Below, one piece after another: positions 1-10,115 of a DNA stretch of 64,000 nt (its first letter is position 1; each line of letters opens with the position of its first letter). The position numbers and the translations under genes were made by a program. Below the pieces are notes generated by a model. The model made no database searches. It was not told the DNA's origin and was given only the letters and a program-made list of their open reading frames with translations. Source of the stretch: a virus (Duplodnaviria > Heunggongvirae > Uroviricota > Caudoviricetes); the IMG/VR virus record IMGVR_UViG_2541047857_000014; one strand, written 5' to 3'.

Positions 1-26
1 AAACCTGCCGTAGCAGGTTCTCTTTC

Positions 27-245
27 TCAAAAATTCATATGCCCCTGACCACCTGGCAATGGATGTGGAGGAGCAGTAGCAATCAGTGCGGGTGTCACAA
101 TAAACCGGACCACTGTTTCATGGGTAACAAAAGTGCTCCCGCAGTTAATATTTTGGCACTGGCAGTAACGCTCTTTGGTGCTTTCAGTTACTTGAAAACT
201 GCTCCTTGTGTGTGCCGCATGACCACACTTTGGACAATTCATCAT
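27..245 (-). CDS. ogr: Ogr-like zinc-finger late-gene transcription activator (72 aa from MMNCPKCG)
   Basis: Translation MMNCPKCGHAAHTRSS...ERYCQCQNINCGSTF has the Cys4 pattern and length of P2 Ogr; sits downstream of gene D as in P2. Confidence 0.8.
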   Translation of the reverse strand: MMNCPKCGHAAHTRSSFQVTESTKERYCQCQNINCGSTFVTHETVVRFIVTPALIATAPPHPLPGGQGHMNF

Positions 246-313
246 ATCCAGATCCCTACCTTTGCTATCAGAATCATTGTAATGATACACAAAATATCAA
301 TATTGAGAACACT

Positions 314-1414
314 TTATTCCATTTCAAGATCATCAATCTTCACTTCGAGTTCAATACTGGTCGTAAAACCATTATCCGGGCTGACGGTATGAGTCAGAGT
401 CGTAATGGTCCATTCCGCATCATCTATCGGTTGTTTAAAGCCACTAACTTTCACTGGCATTTCCGTGTAAAGATCTGCCCGCCCTTCCGCCAGTTGTAGC
501 GAGAATGACGCAACGCCGCGTTGCAGGCGTTCCCACTGCATTTTCGCTGCCCGTTCAGCGTTGCTCCGGTTGGCATAAGTGCGATTAAGTACCAGCACGT
601 TTTCATCCGTACCCACCAGGTAATCGCCCTGCTTCGCTTCCGGCTCTTTCTTCTGCTTCTTAGTTCTGCGCTTACGCTTCACCGTGGTGCTTTCTTTCTT
701 CGCAGGTTCGCGGGTATGCAACCAGCTGGCAATTACGCCCGTGTAGGCTCCGCGATCTGCCAGGGTAAATCGGTGACTGTCGCCGTCCTTGCGTGTGATA
801 GTGATCACTGGCAGAGGTTTACCAGTGGCGCTTTTGCCCTGCCCCTGCCGGATGAATAACAGATTGCCATTTTTCACCGACGCGATGGCACCGTACTGTC
901 GCGCCAGCCGCATCAGAAAACTGCCGTCACTCTCATTAGTCTGGTCTATATGCTCCACGGGCTTATCCGACAGGTCTTTACCCAGTGCCATCTTCAGCTT
1001 GTGCCGCGCGGCTATTTCCTTCACCACTTCCCCGACGGTGGTCTTATGCCACGATTTTTCACGGCGGGTATTCAGCGTTTCCCGAAAATCAGCACTTCGC
1101 GCCCGGATAGTCAGGCGGTCCGGTGCGCCAGTGTGTTCAATCTCGTCCACTGTGAATGCCCCTTTCGGGAAAAGCGGCTGCCCCTTCCAGCCCAGCGCCA
1201 GCGTAATAACCGCACCACGGCGCGGCAGCACGATTTTTCCGTCAGCGTCATCCAGCTCCAGATCAAGCTGGTCCGCTTCAAAGCCCCGGTTATCCGTCAG
1301 CGTCAAACTCATCAGGCGGTTATCCAGCACAGTGGTGATATCCCTGCCCTCAATACTGATGCTGAATGCGGGAGTTTTGTTGCCTTTGTTAAGCAGTTCA
1401 GAGCTGAAATTCAC
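314..1414 (-). CDS. D: tail protein D (late control gene D)
   Basis: 366-aa ORF, position after U and before ogr, sequence typical of P2 gpD family. Confidence 0.85.
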   Translation of the reverse strand: MNFSSELLNKGNKTPAFSISIEGRDITTVLDNRLMSLTLTDNRGFEADQLDLELDDADGKIVLPRRGAVITLALGWKGQPLFPKGAFTVDEIEHTGAPDRLTIRARSADFRETLNTRREKSWHKTTVGEVVKEIAARHKLKMALGKDLSDKPVEHIDQTNESDGSFLMRLARQYGAIASVKNGNLLFIRQGQGKSATGKPLPVITITRKDGDSHRFTLADRGAYTGVIASWLHTREPAKKESTTVKRKRRTKKQKKEPEAKQGDYLVGTDENVLVLNRTYANRSNAERAAKMQWERLQRGVASFSLQLAEGRADLYTEMPVKVSGFKQPIDDAEWTITTLTHTVSPDNGFTTSIELEVKIDDLEME

Positions 1415-1896
1415 GACAGCAGCCCTCCCACCGTTTTACTGATATCGCTTAAGGCAGACGTTGCCGTGTCCTGCAGATTATTCAGTTGCGCACTGAGATC
1501 ACCGAACATATCGGACAGGGATTCATCCACTCGTTTGAGCGACAGGGTGAACTCAATCCGGCGCGGCATACCGTCGCGGAAAAACTCCGTTTTAGTCTGA
1601 TTCAGTCCCTCAATCACATACATGCCGTAAATCGTGCCGCTGCCTTCAATCAGGGGCCATGCTTTCCCCTGTTCTGCCATCTGCTCCAGTGCCAGCAACG
1701 ACAGCCTGCCGCCTGTTATTTCCGGCATAAGAACACCGGAAAGCGTCAGCATGTCGTTTTCCGGTCCCAGAAACTGCGTGGACGGACGTCGGTTTACCCG
1801 ACTGTTTGCCGCATGTCGCCAGCTGCGTTGATACTGCAGTTCCTGATACGGAACGGTGCGCAGCATAAACACGTACAATCCCAGCACCATCATCAT
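1411..1896 (-). CDS. U: tail protein U
   Basis: 161-aa ORF between T and D, overlapping stop/start with neighbours. Confidence 0.8.
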   Translation of the reverse strand: MMMVLGLYVFMLRTVPYQELQYQRSWRHAANSRVNRRPSTQFLGPENDMLTLSGVLMPEITGGRLSLLALEQMAEQGKAWPLIEGSGTIYGMYVIEGLNQTKTEFFRDGMPRRIEFTLSLKRVDESLSDMFGDLSAQLNNLQDTATSALSDISKTVGGLLS

Positions 1897-4800
1897 GCGT
1901 CGTATCCCCCCTGATCGCTGTAGTTACTCCTGGCTTTTGCCTTCAGCCTGCGTTCACGTTCATCAAGCTGGCGTGCCACCTCCCGCGCAATATCCTGCGC
2001 ACTTTGTCCTGGCTGCGTCTGAATGATGATCTGCGTCGGTGCCTCAATCCGTTGAACGAGTGGCACAGTGGCTGCGCGACTCACAATTGCTTCTCCACCT
2101 TTCGCGGGAAGTGCCAAGGGGTGCAACGGTGGAAGCTCTGCTGGCGCGGCAGCAACGCCCATCATTCCGGCAACAACGGCAGCCAGTGCAGCTGTATTTC
2201 TCCGGCTGGTCACATTTGCCGGGCCGTTAACAATTTCCGGCCCGTTTTCACCGACGATGCCAAACTGCCCGCGCGGGATATACCCGCCGCTGTCATACAT
2301 CCCCGCAAAGCCATATCCCCATGATGGAAAACCACCCGATGGCATCATCACTTTACCGTCTGCATTCACCGTCGCAGGTTGCTGACGCGTCACGCTTTCC
2401 GGCAGTTTTGCCTTTGCGGCCTCTTTACTGACAATGCCGAGCTTCTCCAGCAACCAGGAAACGCCGGATTTCAGGGAGTCCAGCGGATGCATGACCATAT
2501 TCAGCCCTTCCGCCAGTGCCTCCCCGAATCGCCGCCCCATTGCCGCTGCGCTCTGCAGTTCGGCAGAGGTCGACTTAACGGGCGTCAGTAGATCAGTAAA
2601 CCAGCCCCACAGCGCCTGCACTTTGTCGCCAATCCACTGGAACACGGGCTTAAGCGGTTCGAACGCTGCACTGATGGGACCTGCCGCCGCTTTGAATCCT
2701 TCCACCACGCCACCGAGAAATGCGGTGATAGGTTGCCAGTATTTCCAGACAACCAGCGCCACGCCCGCCAGTGCAGTAACCACAAGACCTATCGGACTGA
2801 GCAGAGCACCTAACAGACCAGATATGGCATACAGGGCAACGCGCAGCATCGCCAGTGGACCAGATGCCAGTACTCGCAGCACCGTGCCTGCGGCGGCCAG
2901 TCCACCGCGCAGTACCGCCAGAGGATTCATAAACATCACAGCAACAGCACGTAAACCGGATAATCCAGACCGCAAAAGTGCAACCGGCGCACCTGCTACA
3001 GTTTTCAGGACATTTCCCGTCAGTGATGCCGTGCGGCGCAAAGACGACAACGGCGCAGTAAGTAAACCTGCGGCGTTGCCCGATGAAGCAAGCCCGCGTC
3101 GCAGCAGTGCCAGTGGTGCGCCAGCCAGCCAGGACAACGCGCTGCTGGTTCGAGTTACTGCTGCCGTAACGGAAGATAACGTTTTGATACCCAACACAGA
3201 GAATCCCAGACGGATCACTGCCAGCGGCCCCAGCACTGCAGCCAGCGCCACCGCTAAGGTGCCGAGGCCGACGGTAACCGCAGCCACAACAGCCGATGCT
3301 TTCATCAGTGTGCCTGTCAGTTCCGGGTTAGCTTCCACCCAGCGACGCAACGCCCCCGTGACGCTTTTCACCGTGTACAGAATATCCATCAGCGGCTGGC
3401 GCAGCGTTTCGCCCAGGCTGCTGAAGGTGTTCTGCGCTCCGGTTTTGACCAGCAACCACTGCGCAGAAAGTGAATCCTTGTTAATGTCGGATTCTTTCTG
3501 CATGGAGCCAAGCGCATCATTGCCCGCTGTCAGTTTTAACTGACGCTGCAGTTCCGGCAGGTTGTTTGCCAGTTTCGCCGCGTCATCGCCAAACTCTTTA
3601 CCAAACAACATAGTCATGGCAGACAGGCGCTTGTCCTGCGGCAGCGCGTTTACCTTCTCCAGCACGCGCTGGATGGTTCCCATCGCATCCTTCGTCATCT
3701 GCTTTTCAATCACTTCAGGATTGAGTTTCAGCAGATTCATCCCTTCAAAGAAACTCTTGCTTTGCATGGTGGCAATGGACAATTCACGCACCATCGCGTT
3801 TGCTGCACTGGCTGCAACCTCTGGCGCAGCGCCCAGTGTCAGGAAGGTGGAACCCAGCGCCGCCGCTTTACGATAATCCAGACGGTCAGCCACACCGCCC
3901 AGACGTTGCATCACATCAATGATGTCTGCCCCTTTCGACATGGCGTTATCATCCAGATAGTTCAGCGCATCACCGAGCTGTTCAATATTGCGGGTGGGGA
4001 TTTTGTAGAGCTGGGCGATTTTCCCCAGACTTTCTGACAGTTCATCCGCTGGCAGCTCAAAGGCTGTTGCCGCCTTTGCTGCCGTACTGGCGAAGGCCAG
4101 CAGGTCACGTTTCTGATCTTCCCAGCTGTCGTCAGGGTTTGCGACGTTCATGCGCGCACCACCTTCAACCAGTGCAGCGAAGTCCACCGCACCGTTTTCC
4201 ATCGGCAACTGTTCGCTGGCAGCCTTGATGGCATCCTGCATTTCATAAAAACGTGCAGTGCGGTTGCCATTATCGTCACGCAGACCACTGACCTGCTTTG
4301 CCACACCTTTCATGGCATCTTCCATGCTGGTATAGCTTTTTACTGCCGCCATCACTGGCGCACCCATTGCCAGCCCTGCAGCCGTGGTGGTGGCTCCGGC
4401 ACCTGCAATACGATCACGCACCTCCAGCGAACGGGCATAACTGGCACGCGCTGCATTCATCCTGCGCTGAGCTTCCCCCAGTCGCTTCAGCCGCGCCTCC
4501 TGTTTCGAAAGTTCCTGGTTATAACGTGATGTTTCACGGGCTAAACGGGCAGTTGCTCCCGCATCGTCTTTCGCAGAAATTCCCGCCCGGTACAGTTCAG
4601 CACGCACAAGCGCCGTCTGCCGCTGCAGCTTTTTCTGGCGTTCTTCCAGGCGCTGAACAGCCAGCCGTTGACGGCCCAGAGCAACAACCTGACGTTGCGA
4701 AGGCGGCCCCATCGCTCCCAGTTCCTGACTGAGCAAATTTGCACGCTGGCGGGCATAGTTCAGCCTGTCGCCTAATTTCTGATTTTCTGCCTGCAGCTTT

Positions 4801-4970
4801 CGGAAGCTGTCCAGACTGCTCCCGGCCTGATCAAGCTGCTTTATTGCATCGCGGGATTTTTTGACAGCAGCAGCCAGTTCTCTTGAACTGGCCTGCGCAG
4901 ATCGAAATGGGCGGGTGAGCTTGTCAACCGCATTAAGAATGACCTGCAGACGCAGGTTGTTATCACTCAT
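1893..4970 (-). CDS. T: tail tape measure protein T
   Basis: 1025-aa ORF with coiled-coil N-terminus and Ala/Gly/Leu-rich repetitive membrane-like core; position after E/E'. Confidence 0.85.
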   Translation of the reverse strand: MSDNNLRLQVILNAVDKLTRPFRSAQASSRELAAAVKKSRDAIKQLDQAGSSLDSFRKLQAENQKLGDRLNYARQRANLLSQELGAMGPPSQRQVVALGRQRLAVQRLEERQKKLQRQTALVRAELYRAGISAKDDAGATARLARETSRYNQELSKQEARLKRLGEAQRRMNAARASYARSLEVRDRIAGAGATTTAAGLAMGAPVMAAVKSYTSMEDAMKGVAKQVSGLRDDNGNRTARFYEMQDAIKAASEQLPMENGAVDFAALVEGGARMNVANPDDSWEDQKRDLLAFASTAAKAATAFELPADELSESLGKIAQLYKIPTRNIEQLGDALNYLDDNAMSKGADIIDVMQRLGGVADRLDYRKAAALGSTFLTLGAAPEVAASAANAMVRELSIATMQSKSFFEGMNLLKLNPEVIEKQMTKDAMGTIQRVLEKVNALPQDKRLSAMTMLFGKEFGDDAAKLANNLPELQRQLKLTAGNDALGSMQKESDINKDSLSAQWLLVKTGAQNTFSSLGETLRQPLMDILYTVKSVTGALRRWVEANPELTGTLMKASAVVAAVTVGLGTLAVALAAVLGPLAVIRLGFSVLGIKTLSSVTAAVTRTSSALSWLAGAPLALLRRGLASSGNAAGLLTAPLSSLRRTASLTGNVLKTVAGAPVALLRSGLSGLRAVAVMFMNPLAVLRGGLAAAGTVLRVLASGPLAMLRVALYAISGLLGALLSPIGLVVTALAGVALVVWKYWQPITAFLGGVVEGFKAAAGPISAAFEPLKPVFQWIGDKVQALWGWFTDLLTPVKSTSAELQSAAAMGRRFGEALAEGLNMVMHPLDSLKSGVSWLLEKLGIVSKEAAKAKLPESVTRQQPATVNADGKVMMPSGGFPSWGYGFAGMYDSGGYIPRGQFGIVGENGPEIVNGPANVTSRRNTAALAAVVAGMMGVAAAPAELPPLHPLALPAKGGEAIVSRAATVPLVQRIEAPTQIIIQTQPGQSAQDIAREVARQLDERERRLKAKARSNYSDQGGYDA

Positions 4971-5399
4971 CGTTGGCCCCGCTTCTCTGAATCGCTTTAT
5001 ACCGCCATTCCAGCACTTCGGTCAGCGGCATAACGTCAGTAACGGATGGCGGCCAGTGAAAAATGGTGGCGATATCTGCCACCAGATCGTCAACCGTCAG
5101 GCTGTCGGTAAACCGGCAAGCACCGACTTCTTCAATAAAAAAGTGACAACCTCAACCGACATGGCAGTGAGATCTGCCGGGTCCATCTCTGCAATTTCCT
5201 GTGCAGTCAGTGCCGGACTGGAGATGCGGGAGATCACGGTCATCATCGCGTTTACATCCATATCCATAATGGCCTGCAGGCGTGTACCGCGCAGCGCACC
5301 GGACTGCGGTTTACGCAGCACAATTTCGGTGATTTCTGTTTTACCGCGCTTGATGGGGGTATCCAGTTGAATGGTCTTTTCAGTCTGCTTATCGCTCAT
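4963..5399 (-). CDS. E': E+E' extended chaperone produced by programmed -1 frameshift
   Basis: Slippery T_TTT_TTA in E zero frame at 5136-5142 (minus strand); -1 frame stays open to TGA at 4963-4965, overlapping T start ATG 4968-4970. Confidence 0.6.
5097..5399 (-). CDS. E: tail assembly chaperone E
   Basis: 100-aa ORF directly upstream of T; contains slippery heptamer near 3' end. Confidence 0.8.
   Translation of the reverse strand: MSDKQTEKTIQLDTPIKRGKTEITEIVLRKPQSGALRGTRLQAIMDMDVNAMMTVISRISSPALTAQEIAEMDPADLTAMSVEVVTFLLKKSVLAGLPTA
5136..5142 (-). promoter_or_regulatory. -1 ribosomal frameshift slippery heptamer TTTTTTA (E/E')
   Basis: X_XXY_YYZ pattern in E reading frame, same arrangement as P2 E/E' and other tail chaperone pairs. 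Confidence 0.6.
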
Positions 5400-5453
5400 T
5401 TTGCTGTCCTGTCAATTGGGTTCTGGCGCGGTATCCCGCGCCGTTCAGATATA

Positions 5454-5969
5454 TCAGAGGCCGAGGGCGTTGCGGTGCGCTTCCATCAGGTCCACACCGT
5501 CCACAATTTCCACCATGTTGATAAGGTCCACTTCATAGAGCACCTCACCATTGATGGTCAGCTTCGCGTAGCTGTTGGTACTGGTCACTTTGGTGGTGTT
5601 GCTTTCGCCCGTCTTCCACTCGCCGGAATCCACTTCTTTGTGACGTCCACGCACGACAAGCTCCACGGCCTGCACTTCCCCGGTATCGTCACGCTGAATA
5701 GAGCCGGTAAAGCGCAGCTGGATGCCATCCACCGTGGCTTTACCCATCTGTTTAAACAGCAGCAATTCAGTACCACCAATGGAAAATTCTGTGTCCAGCG
5801 CACTGTCATCAAGCCCCAGATCCACATCCACCGCACCCGGCATTCCGCCGCCGCGATACTTCTCATATTTGCGGGTAAATTTCGGCAGCGTCAGCGACTC
5901 AACGATCCCCTGCCAGTTGTTCCCGTCGTTAAACAGGTTCAGGTGTTTTAATTTGCGTGGTAAAGCCAT
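5454..5969 (-). CDS. FII: tail tube protein FII
   Basis: 171-aa ORF downstream of sheath gene. Confidence 0.85.
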   Translation of the reverse strand: MALPRKLKHLNLFNDGNNWQGIVESLTLPKFTRKYEKYRGGGMPGAVDVDLGLDDSALDTEFSIGGTELLLFKQMGKATVDGIQLRFTGSIQRDDTGEVQAVELVVRGRHKEVDSGEWKTGESNTTKVTSTNSYAKLTINGEVLYEVDLINMVEIVDGVDLMEAHRNALGL

Positions 5970-5978
5970 GTTGTCCCC

Positions 5979-7151
5979 TTACGCGCTGACCTGGCTGGCG
6001 AAATTCACCAGGTACTGATCGGTGATGCGCTGACGCAGCATCAGGTTTTCAAGTGGCGGCACTGGCGTGTAGTCGTAGTCGATGGTGAGTTTTCCGGCTT
6101 TCAGCGTGTCTTTGTCGTTCACCGACTCATCCAGCCAGCAATCACCACCAATGAGATAGCCCTGACTGACCAGGCTGCGCATTTTGGCGCGGATACCTTC
6201 GATAATGTCGCGGGCCAGCGACGGGTTAAGCGGTTTATCCACCGCCCACATGTGTGCTTCTGCCATCGTGTCCATCAGCACCTGCGCCGTGCGGGTGTAG
6301 TTTTCGAAGGCAAAGAGCGGGTCATCACTCAGGCAGCGGGAACCCCAGAAGCGGAAACCGTCTTTACGCACAAGCGTGGTGACGTCGTTCTGGTTCAGCA
6401 GACCTGCATCGGTTGCCGGGTCCTGCAGATCCCAGAACACATCTGCAGAAATTCCGGTGACACCGTTCACGCCCACGTTGGACAGGCTTTTGTGCCATCC
6501 GGTCTGCTCGTCAATTTTGGCGCGCAGACCAAGCGCACGGGCGGTGGCATATGCCGTTGCTTCGGCATTCAGCACCGTGTCCCAGCCAGTAAAGTCAGGC
6601 CAGATCAGCATCCCTTCGCGCTGGCTGAAGTTTTCACGGTAAGTGATCGCCTCCTGTATCGTCTTGCAGCCATACGCTGACAGGTAAGCAAACCCACGCA
6701 GGCTTTGCGCCACGCTCAGCAACTCAGTAGCTACCGCCTTGGTGTCGTGACCAGGTACACCCAGAATGCGCGGTTTAACGCCGAGCTGTGACTGGGCAGA
6801 TAACAGGGCTTTCATACCTGTTTTTTTACCTTCAGCAGTCACTGCGCCGATGATATTGGTCGTGGTTTCGTCTTCCGTTTCACCCTGCGGCACACGCACA
6901 ACAACGGTCACGGGTTTTGCCTGGTCAGCGATGGCATCCAGCGAACGGGCCAGCGTGCCGGACTCACCCGCTTTACCGCTGGCAGTCAGCACATCAGTGA
7001 TCAGTACGGGTTTATTAAGAGGAAACATTTTTGCATCGGCATCATCGCCCGTGCAGACCATGCCCACGATGGCGGTGCTCACCGTGGTAATGGATCGGGT
7101 GCCTTCGTTGACTTCAACAACGCGCACCCCGTGGTGGTAATCCTGAGCCAT
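5979..7151 (-). CDS. FI: contractile tail sheath protein FI
   Basis: 390-aa ORF, sheath-like, followed by tube. Confidence 0.85.
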   Translation of the reverse strand: MAQDYHHGVRVVEVNEGTRSITTVSTAIVGMVCTGDDADAKMFPLNKPVLITDVLTASGKAGESGTLARSLDAIADQAKPVTVVVRVPQGETEDETTTNIIGAVTAEGKKTGMKALLSAQSQLGVKPRILGVPGHDTKAVATELLSVAQSLRGFAYLSAYGCKTIQEAITYRENFSQREGMLIWPDFTGWDTVLNAEATAYATARALGLRAKIDEQTGWHKSLSNVGVNGVTGISADVFWDLQDPATDAGLLNQNDVTTLVRKDGFRFWGSRCLSDDPLFAFENYTRTAQVLMDTMAEAHMWAVDKPLNPSLARDIIEGIRAKMRSLVSQGYLIGGDCWLDESVNDKDTLKAGKLTIDYDYTPVPPLENLMLRQRITDQYLVNFASQVSA

Positions 7152-7226
7152 AAGGCAGTCTCTCCGGTTGTAGAGGGGGTCTGCCTATGTTCTGGTTGAT
7201 ACACGCAGGGTGCACGCGATGGGTTT

Positions 7227-7244
7227 TGTATGGAAAATGGCACA
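7227..7244. promoter_or_regulatory. candidate Ogr-dependent late promoter dyad (TGT-N12-ACA) upstream of FI operon
   Basis: tgtatggaaaatggcaca lies 84 bp upstream of FI start codon; matches P2 late-promoter activator-site pattern. Confidence 0.5.
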
Positions 7245-7254
7245 ACGACGGGGC

Positions 7255-7279
7255 GAAAAAATCCCCGCAGGCGCGGGGC
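7255..7279 (-). terminator. rho-independent terminator after G
   Basis: hairpin ccccgc-aggc-gcgggg followed on minus strand by T-run. Confidence 0.6.
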
Positions 7280-7285
7280 AGGAAT

Positions 7286-7888
7286 TTAAATTTCTGGTAG
7301 TTTGGGCCAGTTAATATCAGGGGCTGTGCTGATATCTATTGCTGCTACCACGTCGATATAGTCAAGAACGGAATCGAGCTTTACTGTTTCTTCCGCAGTT
7401 AATTTTCTTCCCGCCTGCAATTTTAGTTGAATCAGAACAATGGAAGACATGGCATCATCAATCAGTGACTGGCGTTGCAGTTCAGCCCCTTCCACTGCTG
7501 CGTTATGTTGCGCTTTGGTATCCGTCACCCATTTCTCACCATCCCACTTATCGTATGGTGTTAACGGAGCAATAGTGGTTGTCTTTTCAGGGTAATCTCC
7601 CGGCACTGTGATTTCTTTTGAGTCCCCCGTTTCGGTGTTATAGACGATTTCACCGCGATGGTCTGGCACATATTCCCATGATCTCAAATCCAGAGTTCGA
7701 CAGGACACATAACCTGACTTATATGAACCAGGAGCATCTAAACACGAATGTGCGGGAATACCGACGCCAACAGCAAGATATTCAGTTGATTCAGAAATAT
7801 ATTCCCGTGTTTCACCATCATAGTTATAAACGGTAATATCCCCTGCCTTTGTAGCAACAAGTCCACTATTTAATATTGCTTTATCCAT
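7286..7888 (-). CDS. G: tail fibre assembly protein G
   Basis: 200-aa ORF immediately after tail fibre H, stop/start overlap. Confidence 0.8.
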   Translation of the reverse strand: MDKAILNSGLVATKAGDITVYNYDGETREYISESTEYLAVGVGIPAHSCLDAPGSYKSGYVSCRTLDLRSWEYVPDHRGEIVYNTETGDSKEITVPGDYPEKTTTIAPLTPYDKWDGEKWVTDTKAQHNAAVEGAELQRQSLIDDAMSSIVLIQLKLQAGRKLTAEETVKLDSVLDYIDVVAAIDISTAPDINWPKLPEI

Positions 7889-9513
7889 TATGCTGCTCTC
7901 ACGATATAGTTAAATGCAATATTTCGTGGACGGGTTTCGCTCCCACCTGTGTTACCAATACTCCCTCGTGTATGTAGCGTTGGTGATGGAATCAGAGTCC
8001 CTCCGGCATCGGCAGCATCAAGCCCCCGGCCTTGCGTATATGCTTTTCTGAAGATTGCCGCCAGTTCCCATTCCTCTTTTGAATCATACCCATCGTTGGC
8101 TACAACCATATGGCGGTGTTTTTCCAGCATTCCAGCCTGAAGGCTCAATAAAGCACGCCCAGCATCAATACCACGCCCATCATCCCAGCCACGAATAAAC
8201 TCACCACGTAAATCAGGCAATTTATTTGTCGGATAAACCTTTGCCAGTTTGGGATATTCTTCAGCCGAAAAAGCCGCTCCGTTGCATTTCAGCCAGCCTG
8301 TCGGTGGAGTGGCAGAAGGCCACGGAACAGGGACACCAACAGGTAATGCAGAGCCATCCCCTAAACCAAGATAATCAAGAACGCCCTGTGCGCTGGGCCT
8401 GCTAAGAATGGTACGCCCAACACTTGTCAGTGCAGTTAAGGCAGCTCGATCTTCCCCTGTAAAATAAGGGAGTTTATCTTTTGATGTAGAAAGCCCTGCC
8501 AACGCCGTTAAAGTAGCATCCTTTGGCTGCTTCCCCGCAAGGGAGTTAGTTATTGTCGTGGCAAAGTTCGGATCATTCCCCAGCGCCGCTGCCAGTTCGT
8601 TCAGCGTATCCAGTGCCGCAGGTGCAGAACCCACCATTGCTGCAATTGCCGATTTCACAAAAGCGGTAGTGGCAATCTGTGTATTGTTGACCGACTGCGC
8701 CGCCGTGGGAGCTGTTGGCGTTCCGGTGAGTGCCGGACTCGACAGCGGCGCTTTTTGTGCCAGTGCATTGTTAATGGTGGTACTGAATTTCGGATCATTG
8801 TTAATGGCTGCGGCTATTTCTTTCAGCGTGTCCAGGGTGGCTGGCGCACCATTAATAAGAGCCGTCAGAGCCGCCTGAACAAACGCGGTGGTCGCAATCT
8901 GCGTGGTGTTATTCCCTGCTGCTGGCGTTGGCGCTTTGGGTGTCCCGGTAAACGTCGGACTTTCTTTGGGTGCATACTGTGAATGCGGGTCCGGTGCGGC
9001 AAGATGTTTTGCCATCAGGTCATCCACGTACACCTTCAGCTCCAGTACCTTATCATCCACATACTTGCGGGTTGCCAGCACGACGGCAGGGTCGATTTTC
9101 AGGGTGATATTGTCCGTGCTGCTGGTTATCAGCACCATGCGCACGGTCTGGGTACGTCCGCTGCCTTCAGCCAGTTGCGGCTTATAGCTTTCCGGGCAGT
9201 TTCCCACGGCAATCAATGCCCCGGACTCATCAAACAGGCCCACTTCACGTATCCACCAACCGCCCTCGTTTTCAGGGATCACCTGTTCAGCAATAATCTG
9301 GCTGCTGTTCTGCGGGTCGATATAGAGCATATTCAGCGCAGCCCGGCGTTTCTCATTTACCAATGCTGTCTGCTTGGCGTCCGGCGTTGGCAATGTTCCG
9401 CCGCCATCGCCGACCGCCATATGGGTAATTTTTAAAGGCACACCGAGCGCGGCGGCGCTGGCAAGTTTCGCCGCGCCAATATCCGTCAGCAGGGTATAAA
9501 ATTTTGTGCTCAT
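7888..9513 (-). CDS. H: tail fibre protein H
   Basis: 541-aa ORF with conserved N-terminal tail-fibre domain MSTKFYTLLTDIGAAK... and repeated Ala/Thr-rich segments. Confidence 0.85.
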   Translation of the reverse strand: MSTKFYTLLTDIGAAKLASAAALGVPLKITHMAVGDGGGTLPTPDAKQTALVNEKRRAALNMLYIDPQNSSQIIAEQVIPENEGGWWIREVGLFDESGALIAVGNCPESYKPQLAEGSGRTQTVRMVLITSSTDNITLKIDPAVVLATRKYVDDKVLELKVYVDDLMAKHLAAPDPHSQYAPKESPTFTGTPKAPTPAAGNNTTQIATTAFVQAALTALINGAPATLDTLKEIAAAINNDPKFSTTINNALAQKAPLSSPALTGTPTAPTAAQSVNNTQIATTAFVKSAIAAMVGSAPAALDTLNELAAALGNDPNFATTITNSLAGKQPKDATLTALAGLSTSKDKLPYFTGEDRAALTALTSVGRTILSRPSAQGVLDYLGLGDGSALPVGVPVPWPSATPPTGWLKCNGAAFSAEEYPKLAKVYPTNKLPDLRGEFIRGWDDGRGIDAGRALLSLQAGMLEKHRHMVVANDGYDSKEEWELAAIFRKAYTQGRGLDAADAGGTLIPSPTLHTRGSIGNTGGSETRPRNIAFNYIVRAA

Positions 9514-10115
9514 GGATTCACTCTCATTGTGTCAATAACATGGACCGCCCCGCCTTCATGCGCGGTGCCGCCGGAAATAATTGTTTCGTTGATATACGGA
9601 TAGATCGTGATTTCTTCGCCAAGATAGCTGGCGGCTCCCACCCAATGCGGGCCGCTGGTCTGCAGGTTGATGGACATGCCGATCATGTGACGGCTACATG
9701 GTTTGGCATCGCTTATCAGTCGCTCAAGTTCCAGATAGGTATCTTCAGTGATGCCCTGGTCCTGCACGCCGATATCCAGACGAAACGTGCCCGGTGTCTC
9801 TCCGGTCTGCCACCACTCAATAATGCGGATCAGAAAGCCGAACGGCTCCACCACCCGCCGCACGGCACTGGTGGTCCCTTTATGCTGATGAATATAAAAA
9901 GCATCCTTCACCACCTGGCGCTTGACGCTTTCTGTCCAGCCCTCATCCCAGCGATCCACAGAGAACGCCCAGGCGAGATAAGGTAGGAAACTGACCGGAC
10001 AGGTTGCCGGATTCCACAAGTCACGCAGCGGCACCTGCAGATCAGAAATCCCGCTACAGGTCTGCGCCAGTCGGCGCTCCAGTGAAGTTGAACCCGGTGG
10101 CAGCAGACTATTCAT
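9510..10115 (-). CDS. I: baseplate assembly protein I
   Basis: 201-aa ORF, N-terminus LLPPGSTSLERRLA like P2 gpI. Confidence 0.8.
   Translation of the reverse strand: MNSLLPPGSTSLERRLAQTCSGISDLQVPLRDLWNPATCPVSFLPYLAWAFSVDRWDEGWTESVKRQVVKDAFYIHQHKGTTSAVRRVVEPFGFLIRIIEWWQTGETPGTFRLDIGVQDQGITEDTYLELERLISDAKPCSRHMIGMSINLQTSGPHWVGAASYLGEEITIYPYINETIISGGTAHEGGAVHVIDTMRVNP

Noticed and set aside
2434-3543. 369-aa plus-strand ORF
   Set aside because: It lies entirely antisense within the tape measure gene T; a shadow ORF typical of GC-rich repetitive coding sequence.
7152-7285. Possible cargo insertion at the G-FI junction (the P2 Z/fun variable site)
   Set aside because: The intergenic region is only 134 bp and contains just a terminator hairpin and the late-promoter dyad; no ORF is present.
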